Assembly: GCA_024911895.1 (NCBI GenBank)
Contig: GCA_024911895.1_3948.1
Source of the DNA: a phage
Strand: one strand, 5' to 3'
Length of the DNA stretch: 64,000 bases
Positions 36,629-47,667 of this stretch are shown here, piece after piece. Each line of letters begins with the position of its first letter. Within the stretch, counting starts at the first letter, position 1. Below the pieces are notes generated by a model. It was not told the DNA's origin. It worked only from the letters and a program-made list of their open reading frames with translations, and did no database searches. The translations under genes and the position numbers were made by a program.

Positions 36629-37027
36629 TTACTGAGAAGTTAGGCTTTTGAAAATGCTTGCTTCGAAAAAACTTCCGAAGTTTGCCTCCAGCGCAAATGC
36701 TAAGTAATCAATAAATTCACCGTAATTTGCTTGGAAGTAGGTATCGATATTTAGTGGGAAGTCATCAACAGTTGCTCCTTGAAATAGTAGGTTAGCCATT
36801 TCTTCAAGGTTAATTTCTTCAATTCTGTCAAAACAAGCTTCAACAAGTTCTTTAAATGGAACCATTGGAGCTTCTTTCTTACCCTTGTCAGTCAGACTTG
36901 ACAGCATCTGTGCAAAAGTTGGAACAACAATTTTACCCAACTTCATAGACATCTTAATACCATCTCTTGCCCCAAGCAGAACGATATTTACTTTCTTACC
37001 ATTAATTACTCTAGCTTCTGTTTTCAT
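36629..37027 (-). CDS. Tail assembly chaperone
   Basis: 132 aa ORF upstream of tape measure, contains slippery heptamer near 3' end. Confidence 0.55.
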   Translation of the reverse strand: MKTEARVINGKKVNIVLLGARDGIKMSMKLGKIVVPTFAQMLSSLTDKGKKEAPMVPFKELVEACFDRIEEINLEEMANLLFQGATVDDFPLNIDTYFQANYGEFIDYLAFALEANFGSFFEASIFKSLTSQ

Positions 37028-37051
37028 TGTGATTCCTTAATACTTTTAAAA

Positions 37052-37092
37052 GAAACAAAAAAGGGGAAGACCTTTTAAAGTCTCCCCCTTAT
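37052..37092 (-). terminator. Rho-independent terminator after tail tube gene
   Basis: Minus strand reads AAGGGGAGAC-loop-GTCTTCCCCTT followed by TTTTTTTG. Confidence 0.5.
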
Positions 37093-37100
37093 AGGATTTA

Positions 37101-37547
37101 TTAAACACTTGACGCTGGAATTGTAGAAGTGTAGTCTAGCTTCTCACAACCAAAAATCCAAGTCTTAGAGTTCTGGTCACGACCAAGTTCAATCTGTGGT
37201 AGTTCCTGCAACCAAGCGTTAATACCAGTTGCCAGAACAGAGCCTGATGGGTCGTAGATTACGAAGTTAGAAGAGATATCTTCTTCAAGTTCCATATTGT
37301 CTTGTTTAGCTTGAATTGCAGAAAGCATCTGGTTAGAGAGAGAAGTCTGCATTAGCTCAATCTCGATAGTACCTGTCTTGTCTGCATTTCTTGTCAGAGC
37401 AACTTGACCACCTGCACCTACAACTGGTGTCACAAGTGGTGATGTTCTCTGTAGACGTAAGAATGAGTCTGGGGCAAAGCCTTCAATGGCAATACCATTC
37501 CAGCTACACACAACGTCTTTAGGGGAATATTGCTGATACATAGCCAT
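37101..37547 (-). CDS. Putative tail tube protein
   Basis: 148 aa, position between sheath and chaperone. Confidence 0.5.
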   Translation of the reverse strand: MAMYQQYSPKDVVCSWNGIAIEGFAPDSFLRLQRTSPLVTPVVGAGGQVALTRNADKTGTIEIELMQTSLSNQMLSAIQAKQDNMELEEDISSNFVIYDPSGSVLATGINAWLQELPQIELGRDQNSKTWIFGCEKLDYTSTIPASSV

Positions 37548-37562
37548 TCCAATTTACCTCTA

Positions 37563-38915
37563 TTATTCGTAAGCCACTGTACCTTTCAAGTCAACATCCA
37601 AGATAGCTCCTGCTAAGATACCTGAGAAGGTAACGTCTTTCAGGATACGAGCTTTCTTGTCTGCTAAAGCAACTTGAGAGGCTTTAGGAACATTAACTGT
37701 GTAAGATGACAGGAAGTTTCTGTTGACTGCTCTTTGCAGAGAGGTTTCAATGACTTGACGAATACGGGTAATACCAGTATCATCATAAGTAATCTTACCA
37801 CCCTTCTGGTTAATTAGCAAGTCTCTCAGAGAAGTTTTCAGGTCTGATTCTAACCAGTCAACACCACGGATGATATCAATCCATTCCCCACCAGAAGTAA
37901 TCCCTCTACGAACCACTGGAACACCACCATCAAGGTCAATAAAGTTACAGTGACGTGCATCTAAAGCTGACTTCTGAATACTTGTCAGAGGTCTCTTATT
38001 AGCTGGCTGTAGAGAAGCAGCTACACCAGTTAGCTGTGCATTGCCCCAAGCAATCGAACCTGCATCATATGGAGCACCATAAGCAGTGTATGCCATTTCT
38101 GGATAGTCTTCTGCTGCTGTGTGATGCCACAAGCAAACGGTACGAGTGTACTGACTCTTAGCAAGCTGTGCTGGAACATCATTTGCACTAGCTAATTCTG
38201 TACCTTGCAGTGCTGTTACATCAGAGTTAGCTGTAAAGAAAATCTTCTTACGAGCTTGAATCTCAGAAGCCATTGCTAAGACAAACTGTTGAGTTCTGTC
38301 TTCTGCTGCAATGAAATACCAGTCAGTTGAATAAGCTTCAATAGCTGCCAGAGCAGTTGATGCTGTATCAGCAGTTGTACTTGCAATTGACACTGTTTGT
38401 GCTGTAGTGGTAACCTTCACGAAGTCGTTCACACCAGCTTTGGTGATTACCATTGTTGCTGAACCGCCAGCACCAGTTACATTGACAGTGACCTTATCTT
38501 TAATTGTTGGGTCAGCTTCAATCTGTGTTTTAAGCTGCTGTAACACCTTCTCAGCAGTATCTTCTGACTGTGAAGTGTACTGGAATGGTTGAGAAACTCC
38601 ACCGCCCACAGCTACAGTTAAAGAATAATTGGTGCTTTCAGTAACAGAGTCAGGAATTGATACAGTGTACTGCATAGCACGTCTACCAATATAAAGCTGG
38701 GTTACTTTAGGAGTCTGACTCCAAAGTTGTTTAGCAGCCTTATATGCAGCAGAATTTTCATCGAAATCTTCAGCAACTTCAGTTAAGGAAGTGTAACCAC
38801 GGACTCTTTCTTCAAAGTTATCTGTTGAAGCTAAAAATAGTGGTAGCCCAAAACCTTCTCTTGTAGTTCCTGCGGTGTTCAATGTAATATCTACATTAAC
38901 AATTGGATTCCACAT
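37563..38915 (-). CDS. Putative tail sheath protein
   Basis: 450 aa, position upstream of tube. Confidence 0.55.
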   Translation of the reverse strand: MWNPIVNVDITLNTAGTTREGFGLPLFLASTDNFEERVRGYTSLTEVAEDFDENSAAYKAAKQLWSQTPKVTQLYIGRRAMQYTVSIPDSVTESTNYSLTVAVGGGVSQPFQYTSQSEDTAEKVLQQLKTQIEADPTIKDKVTVNVTGAGGSATMVITKAGVNDFVKVTTTAQTVSIASTTADTASTALAAIEAYSTDWYFIAAEDRTQQFVLAMASEIQARKKIFFTANSDVTALQGTELASANDVPAQLAKSQYTRTVCLWHHTAAEDYPEMAYTAYGAPYDAGSIAWGNAQLTGVAASLQPANKRPLTSIQKSALDARHCNFIDLDGGVPVVRRGITSGGEWIDIIRGVDWLESDLKTSLRDLLINQKGGKITYDDTGITRIRQVIETSLQRAVNRNFLSSYTVNVPKASQVALADKKARILKDVTFSGILAGAILDVDLKGTVAYE

Positions 38916-39515
38916 TTATTTTACCCCTTTGGAGTCTACATCTAGATGGATAGTATATTCTGGTGGCTCTTGTCCTTCTCCGTAAACCAATTCACCATCA
39001 ACAATGACACGTTCAATAATACCTCCACGTTCATCTTTCAGGACTGAATTTTTTACAAGAGTTACAACAAGAGGTGCAGAATTTTCGAAATCTGTATTAA
39101 GATAAGTATAGTCATTTGGTATAGCTCCAGTATCTAGAACTGTAGCTCCTGTCTCTTCAAGGATTAAATCTCTGACTGAACTCATCTCTAATCGTTGTTT
39201 AAGCTCAAGTATAATACTGTGAGCACCTTTACCATTTACCGTAATTAATACTGGAATCTGAAAAGCAATTCTGTAGCAAACTACATCATCCTCAACAAAC
39301 TTATCAAGAACCCAACCATAAGGTGTTGCAGCATCTTGACAATATACGGTAATAAATGGTTGGTCAGGTTTTAAACCTTTGTCATTTGAGTTATCAGAAG
39401 GGTAAGCTCTAATTACATTTGGTCTATTATTTTTATCACGAGCTAGTCTGTGACCAATAACATCCACTAAGGTTCTAACTAGACCTTTTTCAAGTTCTGC
39501 TGTTTCTAACTGCAT
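38916..39515 (-). CDS. Putative tail completion / head-tail joining protein
   Basis: Position. Confidence 0.35.
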   Translation of the reverse strand: MQLETAELEKGLVRTLVDVIGHRLARDKNNRPNVIRAYPSDNSNDKGLKPDQPFITVYCQDAATPYGWVLDKFVEDDVVCYRIAFQIPVLITVNGKGAHSIILELKQRLEMSSVRDLILEETGATVLDTGAIPNDYTYLNTDFENSAPLVVTLVKNSVLKDERGGIIERVIVDGELVYGEGQEPPEYTIHLDVDSKGVK

Positions 39516-39891
39516 TCATTTTATCCCTTCTAATAATGATATATTCATAATGGGACGTATGGGCTAATTGCTGTGACCAATCCATAGTCATAAATACTTC
39601 ATACTCATGACCATCAATCATAACAATGTCAGACTCATTCCACTCTACATCATCTGAAGTTCTAAGTTTATATGTGGTATACAGGATTCTTGTATCGGTA
39701 AGCCTGATACCTTCCGGTAAAGCAATCTGTGTACCATTCTTTACAGAACCTTTGATATATGGCTGGATATTACCTTTGCAGTTAACCTCTACAATATCTT
39801 GTGAAGCTACCCAATCACCATCATCATTATAATAACCGTCTTCAGAGACTTTACGCTTTACTACAAAGCTGTGTCTGTTTAAGAGTCTCAT
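39490..39891 (-). CDS. Putative head-tail joining protein
   Basis: Position. Confidence 0.35.
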   Translation of the reverse strand: MRLLNRHSFVVKRKVSEDGYYNDDGDWVASQDIVEVNCKGNIQPYIKGSVKNGTQIALPEGIRLTDTRILYTTYKLRTSDDVEWNESDIVMIDGHEYEVFMTMDWSQQLAHTSHYEYIIIRRDKMNAVRNSRT

Positions 39892-40370
39892 TTTTTAATA
39901 CCCTTCTTAGTAGAAATTTTATAAGCAAGGTTCTCCCTTAAGTCACCTGTCTCAACAAGAGGTGCATTAAAGCCTTTTTTCTTGACTGTGGAAGGTGCGT
40001 TAGGAGGGAGGATAGCAGAGTTACCAAAACCTCTTTTAATTGCCTTTTGAGCATTCTTTGCAAATGCTTCTAAGGTATCTGAAGGGTCTGTGTTGAGACT
40101 GCTAAGTTGCTTATATAGATTCTTCTTAGTCTGCTCTAACAAGGTCTGTTTGTTTAGCATCATAGTGATTTCAAACAACCTACGATATACTTTACCAGAA
40201 GCTGAAGGAACCCCAATAACTTCTTGTAAATACATTAAAGCAGGATAAGAAAAACCAGAGCTATGTTGACCTTGTTCTTGAAAATACCCAACTTGAGCAT
40301 TAGCCGTTTGCAAGTTCTTCATAGCCCCGACTAATTTTGCTCTAGCGGGGTGAATAACCCTTTTAACCAT
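39888..40370 (-). CDS. Putative head-tail connector protein
   Basis: Position. Confidence 0.35.
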   Translation of the reverse strand: MVKRVIHPARAKLVGAMKNLQTANAQVGYFQEQGQHSSGFSYPALMYLQEVIGVPSASGKVYRRLFEITMMLNKQTLLEQTKKNLYKQLSSLNTDPSDTLEAFAKNAQKAIKRGFGNSAILPPNAPSTVKKKGFNAPLVETGDLRENLAYKISTKKGIKK

Positions 40371-40819
40371 TATTCATCTCGCTCGATAATAAATACGCCA
40401 TTAACACGGTTGCAGTAATCTCTGCCTTCGTATCTGGCAGCATCACCATATTCTGTGTATTTCTTGACAGAGCAAGGATTCTGACGACGCATGTCAATAT
40501 CACACTGATTAATACCACCTGCATAGGGTAGTCCTGAAACAGAGCTTTTAACAAGGTCGTCATAAACAGCTTTCAGAGACTTGAATCTGGAAGAGTTACG
40601 TAAATAAACACCACCAACCTTCTCATCTCCCATCTTGGCTACTTGAAAGAGTAAATATTTAAGAGCTTTGATGGCTGCTTTCTTTTCATCCTTTCCAGAT
40701 TCTAGATAGAACCACTCTAGCACAGACTGCTCAATAAGAATTTCATCATTATTGGTGTCTGTGCAGAGGATTCTTACTCTATCAAGAGGGTTATTGGCTG
40801 GGTCGCCTGTATAACACAT
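40370..40819 (-). CDS. Putative head completion protein
   Basis: Position. Confidence 0.35.
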   Translation of the reverse strand: MCYTGDPANNPLDRVRILCTDTNNDEILIEQSVLEWFYLESGKDEKKAAIKALKYLLFQVAKMGDEKVGGVYLRNSSRFKSLKAVYDDLVKSSVSGLPYAGGINQCDIDMRRQNPCSVKKYTEYGDAARYEGRDYCNRVNGVFIIERDE

Positions 40820-40841
40820 TCATAACCCTCCTTACCTATCA

Positions 40842-41948
40842 TTACTCAGAGTCTGAGCGAACGTCAACCAGCAGTTGAGGACGTGTGCAGTATGGCAGCA
40901 TGTAAGAGTGAGCTTCGAAGTCAATACCTTCATCACGGTCTTTTTCGTATTCAAATACGTACAACTCCTGACCCAGAGTATTTGCGTAGCCCATCTTCGG
41001 ACATGGAGCGTAAGCTACTTCAAAGATGTTGTTTGCTTCACCAAGCATAGAAACGTTAGGGAAAGCGTGCCCTACACCTACAGTTCCATTCTGAGTAACA
41101 CCATCGATGCTAACCAGAGTATGGGTCTTGCCGCGCTTGTCTTTGAACTTACCGTTGTACTGGACAAACTTAACACCACCGTAGTAGAACGTGTTCATAT
41201 GAGCCTGAACACCATCAGAACCACCAGTTCTCAGAGAGCCAGTAATCTGTTGCCATGCCAGCGGAGTCTGCTGTGCAAGGTATGCGTCACGAATCTTCGG
41301 ATGCTTGGTAAGTTTACTGAAGAAAGTTCTGTCAACAACTACGTGAATCTCTTCACCGTTGATTACAGTACCAGTCTTAGCTTCATCTTCCATGTGCATA
41401 CGTAGGTCTTCGATGTGAGCATCGATATCAGAGTTCGGATTGTCAAGGTCGAAGTAGATAGTCTTCTTAGTTACATCAAACTGTTTGTACAGGTCTGCGT
41501 ACAGAACACCATTAGCATCGATAACTTTACCCTTCAGAGCTTGCATGAACAAGAACTCACGAGTAATATCGAACTTGGTACGAATCTTCATCAGCTTCTT
41601 AGCACGAACGATGGCTTCAGTGGTTAGTTCATTTGCAGTGCCTGGCTGACGTACACCCTGAATCTCGTCAGGAGTAATGCTTTCAACTTCCTTGAAGTAC
41701 ATCATTGGGAAGCTGATTTGACGAACACGCTCAGGAGCACTTGTTTCAGCTTTACGGCTAGTGCGGTCTACAGCATCAAGCAAGCTGATATCCCAATCTG
41801 TCAAATCCATCAGGAAGGTTGTCTGAGTTTGTGGTGCTGAACGGAACAGACCTAAGTTGGAAATATACCCATAAGTATTTGGGATAGACTGGACTTCACC
41901 AGTCAGGTCAGCAAGGAAAAATCTGCTTTTTTCAGAATTAGTCAACAT
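40842..41948 (-). CDS. Major capsid protein (lambda gpE-like arrangement)
   Basis: 368 aa downstream of decoration-like and protease-scaffold genes. Confidence 0.65.
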   Translation of the reverse strand: MLTNSEKSRFFLADLTGEVQSIPNTYGYISNLGLFRSAPQTQTTFLMDLTDWDISLLDAVDRTSRKAETSAPERVRQISFPMMYFKEVESITPDEIQGVRQPGTANELTTEAIVRAKKLMKIRTKFDITREFLFMQALKGKVIDANGVLYADLYKQFDVTKKTIYFDLDNPNSDIDAHIEDLRMHMEDEAKTGTVINGEEIHVVVDRTFFSKLTKHPKIRDAYLAQQTPLAWQQITGSLRTGGSDGVQAHMNTFYYGGVKFVQYNGKFKDKRGKTHTLVSIDGVTQNGTVGVGHAFPNVSMLGEANNIFEVAYAPCPKMGYANTLGQELYVFEYEKDRDEGIDFEAHSYMLPYCTRPQLLVDVRSDSE

Positions 41949-41981
41949 TGTAAAATTCTCCAGAATGTCTTATTATTGTTA

Positions 41982-42359
41982 TTACAGGCCAGTTGGTACG
42001 AAATCAATACCTTTCGCAGCCAGAGCTTTCTTGACTTCAGCAGCATTAACGCTTGATTCAAGAATTAGCAGGTCTTTTAGTTCTGCATCACGGTGGATAC
42101 CAACAACTTTCAACTGACCGTGGTAAGACAGTTGCAGGTCTGCGTAGAAATTAACGATACATACCGAATCAGCCTGAGCTTCTTGCCCTGCTGTAACCTT
42201 AGTACCATCTGCTTTCAGAACTTCACCTACACGGTATTCTGTAGATGCAACCGGAGTGTACTCTTTACGAGAGTGGCCTGTTGGGGTAACCTGTTCCCAA
42301 AGAATGATATCATTCAGAGGTTCTCTTTTACCTAACTTAGTAAAACCTTGATATGCCAT
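41982..42359 (-). CDS. Putative head decoration protein
   Basis: 125 aa between protease-scaffold and capsid genes, as lambda gpD. Confidence 0.4.
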   Translation of the reverse strand: MAYQGFTKLGKREPLNDIILWEQVTPTGHSRKEYTPVASTEYRVGEVLKADGTKVTAGQEAQADSVCIVNFYADLQLSYHGQLKVVGIHRDAELKDLLILESSVNAAEVKKALAAKGIDFVPTGL

Positions 42360-42370
42360 TATTGTGTTCC

Positions 42371-43717
42371 TTATTTGATAAGAGATTTTAGAGCATTCTG
42401 GAGAGCCAGTTTGCGTTGTTCAGCGGTGTCTTCGGAAGCATTCTTAGCTGGTTCTTTTTCTTCTTCAACCAAATCAGCTTCGCCGTCATTACCCACTTCT
42501 TCCATAGCGTTGGAGTGTTCAAGAACAGCACCAGCAGTTTCTTTCAGCTTGGTAATTTCTGATTCTTTTTCTTCCATTGCAGAAGCATGGTACGCGATAG
42601 TTTCATTAAGTTTCTGGTTAGCACCTTCCATAGCATTCATAAACAGAACACTCAGAGGGTTATCAAGACCAGCACCTAAAATAGTCGTTGCAGCTTCTTT
42701 TGCATCAAACCCAAAAGCTTCAGCAGAAGCAGAAATCTTATTAGTCAAATCTGACAAAGCAGCTTCCTGTTCTTTAGCTTTCATTTGAGCAACCTGAAGA
42801 CGCAAAGCTTCTAGTTCTTGCTTTTCTTGTTCAGTCATTTCTTCACCTGAATTGTTAACGTTTAAACTTACAGGAGCCTCTTCAGAACCTTGTAAGTAAT
42901 TTAAGAAATCATCTTGAGACATGATTGAGTTAATTAAACCAAGTTCAAGAGCTTCCTGAGCAGAATAAACATTCGCCTCAGTATTCTTTACAGCTTCTTC
43001 AGAGAGATTACGAGATTCAGCTACAAAACCTGTAAAGGTTGCGTAGGTATCATTAATTCTCTTTTGAAGTCTTTCTTTGCTTTCTTCTGAAAGTGCTTGG
43101 AATGGTGAACCCATCCCTTTAAATTCACCAGCTTTAATGACGTTAATTGTTACGCCATTCTTTTCAAATGCCTTAGTTAATTCCTGATGAACCATAATTA
43201 CACCAATAGAACCAACATCTGCATCTGGTGATGCAATAATTTCTTCAGCAGAAGATGCAAGAGCATATGCAGCGGAACAAGCGAACTCATCTACATAGGC
43301 AATAATTTTCTTTTGGCCTCTTGAAGCCATAATGTGACGTGCTAATTCAAAGCAACCTGAAGCTTCACCACCACCGGAATCAATATGCAGAACGATAGTC
43401 TTAATTGACTCATCTGCTAAAGCTTCGTCAAAGCCTCTACGCAAACCTTCATAAGAGCTTAATCCACCTGTACACATTGCATCAATGAATGTCATACGAT
43501 GGGTTAAACCACCCATAATAGGGATAATAGCAATGTCATCTTTTACTTTTAAAAGACTTCTTGCTTCACCTTTGGGTTTATCAAAGTTTACTGCTGCTTG
43601 GACATCACCCAGCAATCTGTTATTCACATAAGTTGCTGCTGAGTGAGCTAATGATTCAGTGGCTAGTAAAGGTTGGTTGAATAATCTATCAGCAAGTCTG
43701 AAGATATTCGAACTCAT
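42371..43717 (-). CDS. Prohead protease (S49/ClpP-like) fused to scaffold-like coiled-coil C-terminus
   Basis: IVLHIDSGGGEASGCFELARHI S49 peptidase motif; C-terminal Glu/Ala/Lys-rich helical region. Confidence 0.7.
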   Translation of the reverse strand: MSSNIFRLADRLFNQPLLATESLAHSAATYVNNRLLGDVQAAVNFDKPKGEARSLLKVKDDIAIIPIMGGLTHRMTFIDAMCTGGLSSYEGLRRGFDEALADESIKTIVLHIDSGGGEASGCFELARHIMASRGQKKIIAYVDEFACSAAYALASSAEEIIASPDADVGSIGVIMVHQELTKAFEKNGVTINVIKAGEFKGMGSPFQALSEESKERLQKRINDTYATFTGFVAESRNLSEEAVKNTEANVYSAQEALELGLINSIMSQDDFLNYLQGSEEAPVSLNVNNSGEEMTEQEKQELEALRLQVAQMKAKEQEAALSDLTNKISASAEAFGFDAKEAATTILGAGLDNPLSVLFMNAMEGANQKLNETIAYHASAMEEKESEITKLKETAGAVLEHSNAMEEVGNDGEADLVEEEKEPAKNASEDTAEQRKLALQNALKSLIK

Positions 43718-43728
43718 TTTTACTCACC

Positions 43729-44061
43729 CTATTTGTTTAAATCTACAGAGACTGAAGAGATAACATAGATACCTTCTTCAGCAAAGAATTGAGGTTTGCT
43801 AAGAGCACCAGTTGCCACGCATTTATCGTTAGCATCCCACAAGCTATAGTGTGAGACCGTTGCAGAAGCTGGAACAGTAATGTTAACTGTGTCTTCTGAG
43901 GCAATTAAGCCATTATCCGGTTCAGAAAAATAAATAGCCACTGGCTGAGTAACCTTATTTGCTGTAGGGTCTGCCGTTGGGTCTACATTGTGTAAAATAA
44001 TAGTCGTTGGGGTTAGCGTGGCGAGGATTTTATTCTTACCATCAATAGTTAATGTTCCCAT
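43729..44061 (-). CDS. Hypothetical head protein
   Basis: Position. Confidence 0.35.
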   Translation of the reverse strand: MGTLTIDGKNKILATLTPTTIILHNVDPTADPTANKVTQPVAIYFSEPDNGLIASEDTVNITVPASATVSHYSLWDANDKCVATGALSKPQFFAEEGIYVISSVSVDLNK

Positions 44062-44561
44062 TAATTAAACCTTACTTTTTGTTTAAGGACTGTTGAATGG
44101 TTACCAGATTCATCTACCACATTTACAATCATATCATATACTTTACCTTTGACAAGCACTTTGTAAGCATTTTGTGAAAAAATGTACTCAAGTCTGTTTG
44201 TTTCTTTATTAACTGTCATTGGAGATTGAAATGCAGTGTCGAGGATAATGAAAGCGGCTTCAATGCTATTAACATTGATACGTTTATTCTCGCAGTTATA
44301 TAACTTTACACCCAAAAGGCATGAACTGTCAAATGGAATTTTAACAATTTCACTACAATTTCCTAAAATAAACGGTTTTCCACTCATTGGTGCATCAAGT
44401 AACCTGCAAATAGTGAAAACGTCAGAGGTTCCACCATCACTTACATAACCTGAAAGGCTGACTCTTGAGTCAGCCTCTACAGATAATTTGTCAGTAATGA
44501 TAAGAACACCTCTATACGAATGCACTCGTGTAGCATTTGAAATAGAGATAACTTCAGCCAT
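44061..44561 (-). CDS. Hypothetical head protein
   Basis: Position. Confidence 0.35.
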   Translation of the reverse strand: MAEVISISNATRVHSYRGVLIITDKLSVEADSRVSLSGYVSDGGTSDVFTICRLLDAPMSGKPFILGNCSEIVKIPFDSSCLLGVKLYNCENKRINVNSIEAAFIILDTAFQSPMTVNKETNRLEYIFSQNAYKVLVKGKVYDMIVNVVDESGNHSTVLKQKVRFN

Positions 44562-46027
44562 TATTTATTTGCCTTATTTGCTGTGCTTGGGTCTTTCGCT
44601 GAAGGTGTCTTTGCAGTACCTTCTCCAGCGGTCTTATAGCCATCTCCTGAACGGCTTTGGCTATTTGGAGAAAGCTTTTCAGATACTGGCTGAGACTCAT
44701 CAGCAGGAGGAAGACCAATATGCTCTCTAAGCTTGTTAGATAGCTCTTTGTCAACTTCCAAAGCACCTACTGCAACAGTCTTCTGGATATAAGAACCAAT
44801 TGCTTCAAGGTCTGGAGTTTCGATATCATCATATGTAATTTGTACATGTTCTTCATCGTCCCACATATTAAGAGCATAAGTCTGTGCAACTAAATCACGG
44901 TTAATTACGTTCTTAATTTGCTTCAGTAGAATATCTACTGACATTGCTAGTAAACTCGTCTTAGAATCTGCAAGAGAGAATGAACCATATTTTGACTGAC
45001 CCATAGCAAGAACATCTGACATAAATGCCATCATAATCTGCTTGGAATATCTGTCAATAATAGAACCTGTATCGTATGCTTTAGCACCCTGTCTAGAAAC
45101 TAATGAGAACTCAAAAATATCCTCTTTAGTATCTGGGTCGATATATCTAGGCCAGATTAAACCTGCTCTGTCATTAGCAATCATATCATTAACAACAGTT
45201 TTGCAGTATTGTACGAAAGCTTTCTTTTCAGGTTCTGCATTTTCATCCAGATAATCTGGTGGTAAACCAATCTTTGGCATACCTACCAAGTCTCTTGAAA
45301 CACCAACAGCTTCGTACTCTTCAATCTGGACTTTATACTTCCACGGTACATAGGCATTAAGTAATGGTGAACGACCTTCTGGGTTTCCATATTCATCATC
45401 ATACTTAAACAGCATGAATTTAGCTCGTGGAAGTTTTCTTGTTAGCGGTCTTTCTCCAAGATTAATTGCTCCAGCAATATGTGAAACATTTCTCAGATTC
45501 TGTCTGACACCAGTAACTTTTCTAAAGTCTTCGTCAAAATACCACTTATCAAGTGTTGATTGGTTTCTGATTGGTAATTTAGCCCATCCAATTAGACCAT
45601 CATCAAATTTTGACTGGTACTTTCCTTTTTTACCCTGTCGCTTCTTATAAACTTTCTCGTTAACACAGAACCCATAAGTGCAGAATGACATTACAGAATT
45701 AATAAAATCTGCCCAATCATGCTCCATGTCATCCATTAAAGAATTAAAGAAGTCTGCTCTTTCAAGCATTTTAGGGTCTTGCTCTTTTCCCTTTGGAGGT
45801 ACGAATCTCCAGTTGACTTTTCTGACAAACATCTTAATAATATTTACAGATGCTGCTACAGCAGGGTCACGCATCATTAATTGGAAAGTTTTAATACTTT
45901 CAGGGAACCTTAGTGCCTGACGAGGTTCTTCATAGATTCTTCCATTCTTAACCTTCAGACCCAAAGAACCTACTTCACCCATTCTAAATGGTGGTAAGCT
46001 TTCTTGTGTTTCTGTAATATCTGCCAT
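44561..46027 (-). CDS. Portal protein
   Basis: 488 aa immediately downstream of terminase large subunit. Confidence 0.7.
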   Translation of the reverse strand: MADITETQESLPPFRMGEVGSLGLKVKNGRIYEEPRQALRFPESIKTFQLMMRDPAVAASVNIIKMFVRKVNWRFVPPKGKEQDPKMLERADFFNSLMDDMEHDWADFINSVMSFCTYGFCVNEKVYKKRQGKKGKYQSKFDDGLIGWAKLPIRNQSTLDKWYFDEDFRKVTGVRQNLRNVSHIAGAINLGERPLTRKLPRAKFMLFKYDDEYGNPEGRSPLLNAYVPWKYKVQIEEYEAVGVSRDLVGMPKIGLPPDYLDENAEPEKKAFVQYCKTVVNDMIANDRAGLIWPRYIDPDTKEDIFEFSLVSRQGAKAYDTGSIIDRYSKQIMMAFMSDVLAMGQSKYGSFSLADSKTSLLAMSVDILLKQIKNVINRDLVAQTYALNMWDDEEHVQITYDDIETPDLEAIGSYIQKTVAVGALEVDKELSNKLREHIGLPPADESQPVSEKLSPNSQSRSGDGYKTAGEGTAKTPSAKDPSTANKANK

Positions 46028-46044
46028 TCTTCTTCACCTAGCTA

Positions 46045-47661
46045 TCAACGTCTAAGCCCCTCATATGGGTTTCCTCTCACTAAGTCTGTGTGAGCACCCA
46101 TTGATGGTGGCTTGAATAATTTAACTTCGTTAAGACTGTTGAAAGCATCACTGGTAGCATCCACTTGGTCATCTTTAGTTTTGCCGTCACCACAAAAGCC
46201 TTCAAGCTCTTGAAAGTAAGCTTCATTCCAACTACCTCTCAAGACTTTTACAAGTCCAGCTTCAGAAGCAGCAGAAAACCCCGCAAATCGGGTAACTTTA
46301 TCTTTATTTGTCGGTTTAGCTCTTGCACGATAGCCTTTCTCGGCAAGTTTCCTGATGAGGGATGTTGCGTAGGATTTACCAGCAGCGCCTGGGTCTTGAG
46401 GGATAAAAATACCAGTTCGCTTACCGTCACTTTCAGCAGTCAAATTAATTTGTGTTTCGACTCCAGAGGGTCTATCTCTAAATCTTACTACATCAATGAT
46501 ATAATAGCAACCGTCTTTTTTAGATTTACCCATCTTAACACCTGCTGTCCAGTCTGGATTAGGGTTAATCTCAGATGGTAAAGTTGCTGCTAAGTCCCAT
46601 GCTCTAACATCAAACACATCTTCTGGGAGTGAATCAACAATCTCACACCATTGTCTTTGCCAGTAGTTTGAACCTTCTGCACGAGCCTTCCAGTTACCGA
46701 AACGAAGTCTTGCAACGTTTACAGGAGTGTTGTTTTCAAGCTTACCGCGATACTTTGGTTCTAAGAAGTCAAGAATTGGGTTATCGTCAATCGTACCAGA
46801 GATGAAGGTGTATGTTTGAGGAATCTCAAGAGGGAACATTTCAAGAATCTTGTCTCTCTCCCAATCAGAAACCATCACACCATCATTCATTACATACCAA
46901 CGAATGCAACCACACTTTTCAGGGTCTGGATAACCTTCTTCATCTAAGAATGGTTCTACCCAATCGTAAATAAAGTGGTCTCTGTCTGGGTTCATGGAAA
47001 TCTTCATGTATGAATCACCTTCAGCCCCAGAACGTAGACGAGTCTGTAGGTATGAAATCTGTGAAGCAGAGAAGTGTGTACCTTCGTCAAAGTAGATAGC
47101 TGAGTATTCAATACCCTGATGGCCTTCTGCGTGCTTTTCAAGTTCTAGATAGGTAAACTTGATAGTTGCCCCAGAAGGGAATGTGATAGTCATTTTCTGC
47201 TCATGAGGAATCCCACCAAACTTACCAAATAGTTTCTTTGCAGCAGGCCATAAACCACCTTGTAACTGTGTTGTATTTCGACGGAAATATACAGCATTAT
47301 AGTTAGGGTCTTCAATAAATCTTAAAGAGTCCATTAACAATGCAGCAGTTTTACCAGCACCAGCAGCACCACCATAAAGAACCAAGTCAGCATTAGTATT
47401 TAAAAAGACCTCTTGAGAACCCGGCTGAGGGGCTACATAGTTCTTATCAGTCATCAATTTGAAGATAAGTCTAACTTGGTCTGGTGTGTATCTTAATAAA
47501 GTCAGAATTTGAGTTGGAAGGAATTTAGAGGGGTCTTTACCGAATGATTTGATAATTTCTTTTACTTCATCAGAAAGCCCCAACTCTCCAGCTAGGACTT
47601 TCCTAACATCTTCCACTCGCTTCTGCTTAACAGCATTTAAGTCCATTAAGCGCCTCCGCAA
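46045..47661 (-). CDS. Terminase large subunit
   Basis: Walker A VLYGGAAGAGKT, C-terminal nuclease region with acidic residues. Confidence 0.85.
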   Translation of the reverse strand: MRRRLMDLNAVKQKRVEDVRKVLAGELGLSDEVKEIIKSFGKDPSKFLPTQILTLLRYTPDQVRLIFKLMTDKNYVAPQPGSQEVFLNTNADLVLYGGAAGAGKTAALLMDSLRFIEDPNYNAVYFRRNTTQLQGGLWPAAKKLFGKFGGIPHEQKMTITFPSGATIKFTYLELEKHAEGHQGIEYSAIYFDEGTHFSASQISYLQTRLRSGAEGDSYMKISMNPDRDHFIYDWVEPFLDEEGYPDPEKCGCIRWYVMNDGVMVSDWERDKILEMFPLEIPQTYTFISGTIDDNPILDFLEPKYRGKLENNTPVNVARLRFGNWKARAEGSNYWQRQWCEIVDSLPEDVFDVRAWDLAATLPSEINPNPDWTAGVKMGKSKKDGCYYIIDVVRFRDRPSGVETQINLTAESDGKRTGIFIPQDPGAAGKSYATSLIRKLAEKGYRARAKPTNKDKVTRFAGFSAASEAGLVKVLRGSWNEAYFQELEGFCGDGKTKDDQVDATSDAFNSLNEVKLFKPPSMGAHTDLVRGNPYEGLRR

Positions 47662-47667
47662 ATAGAA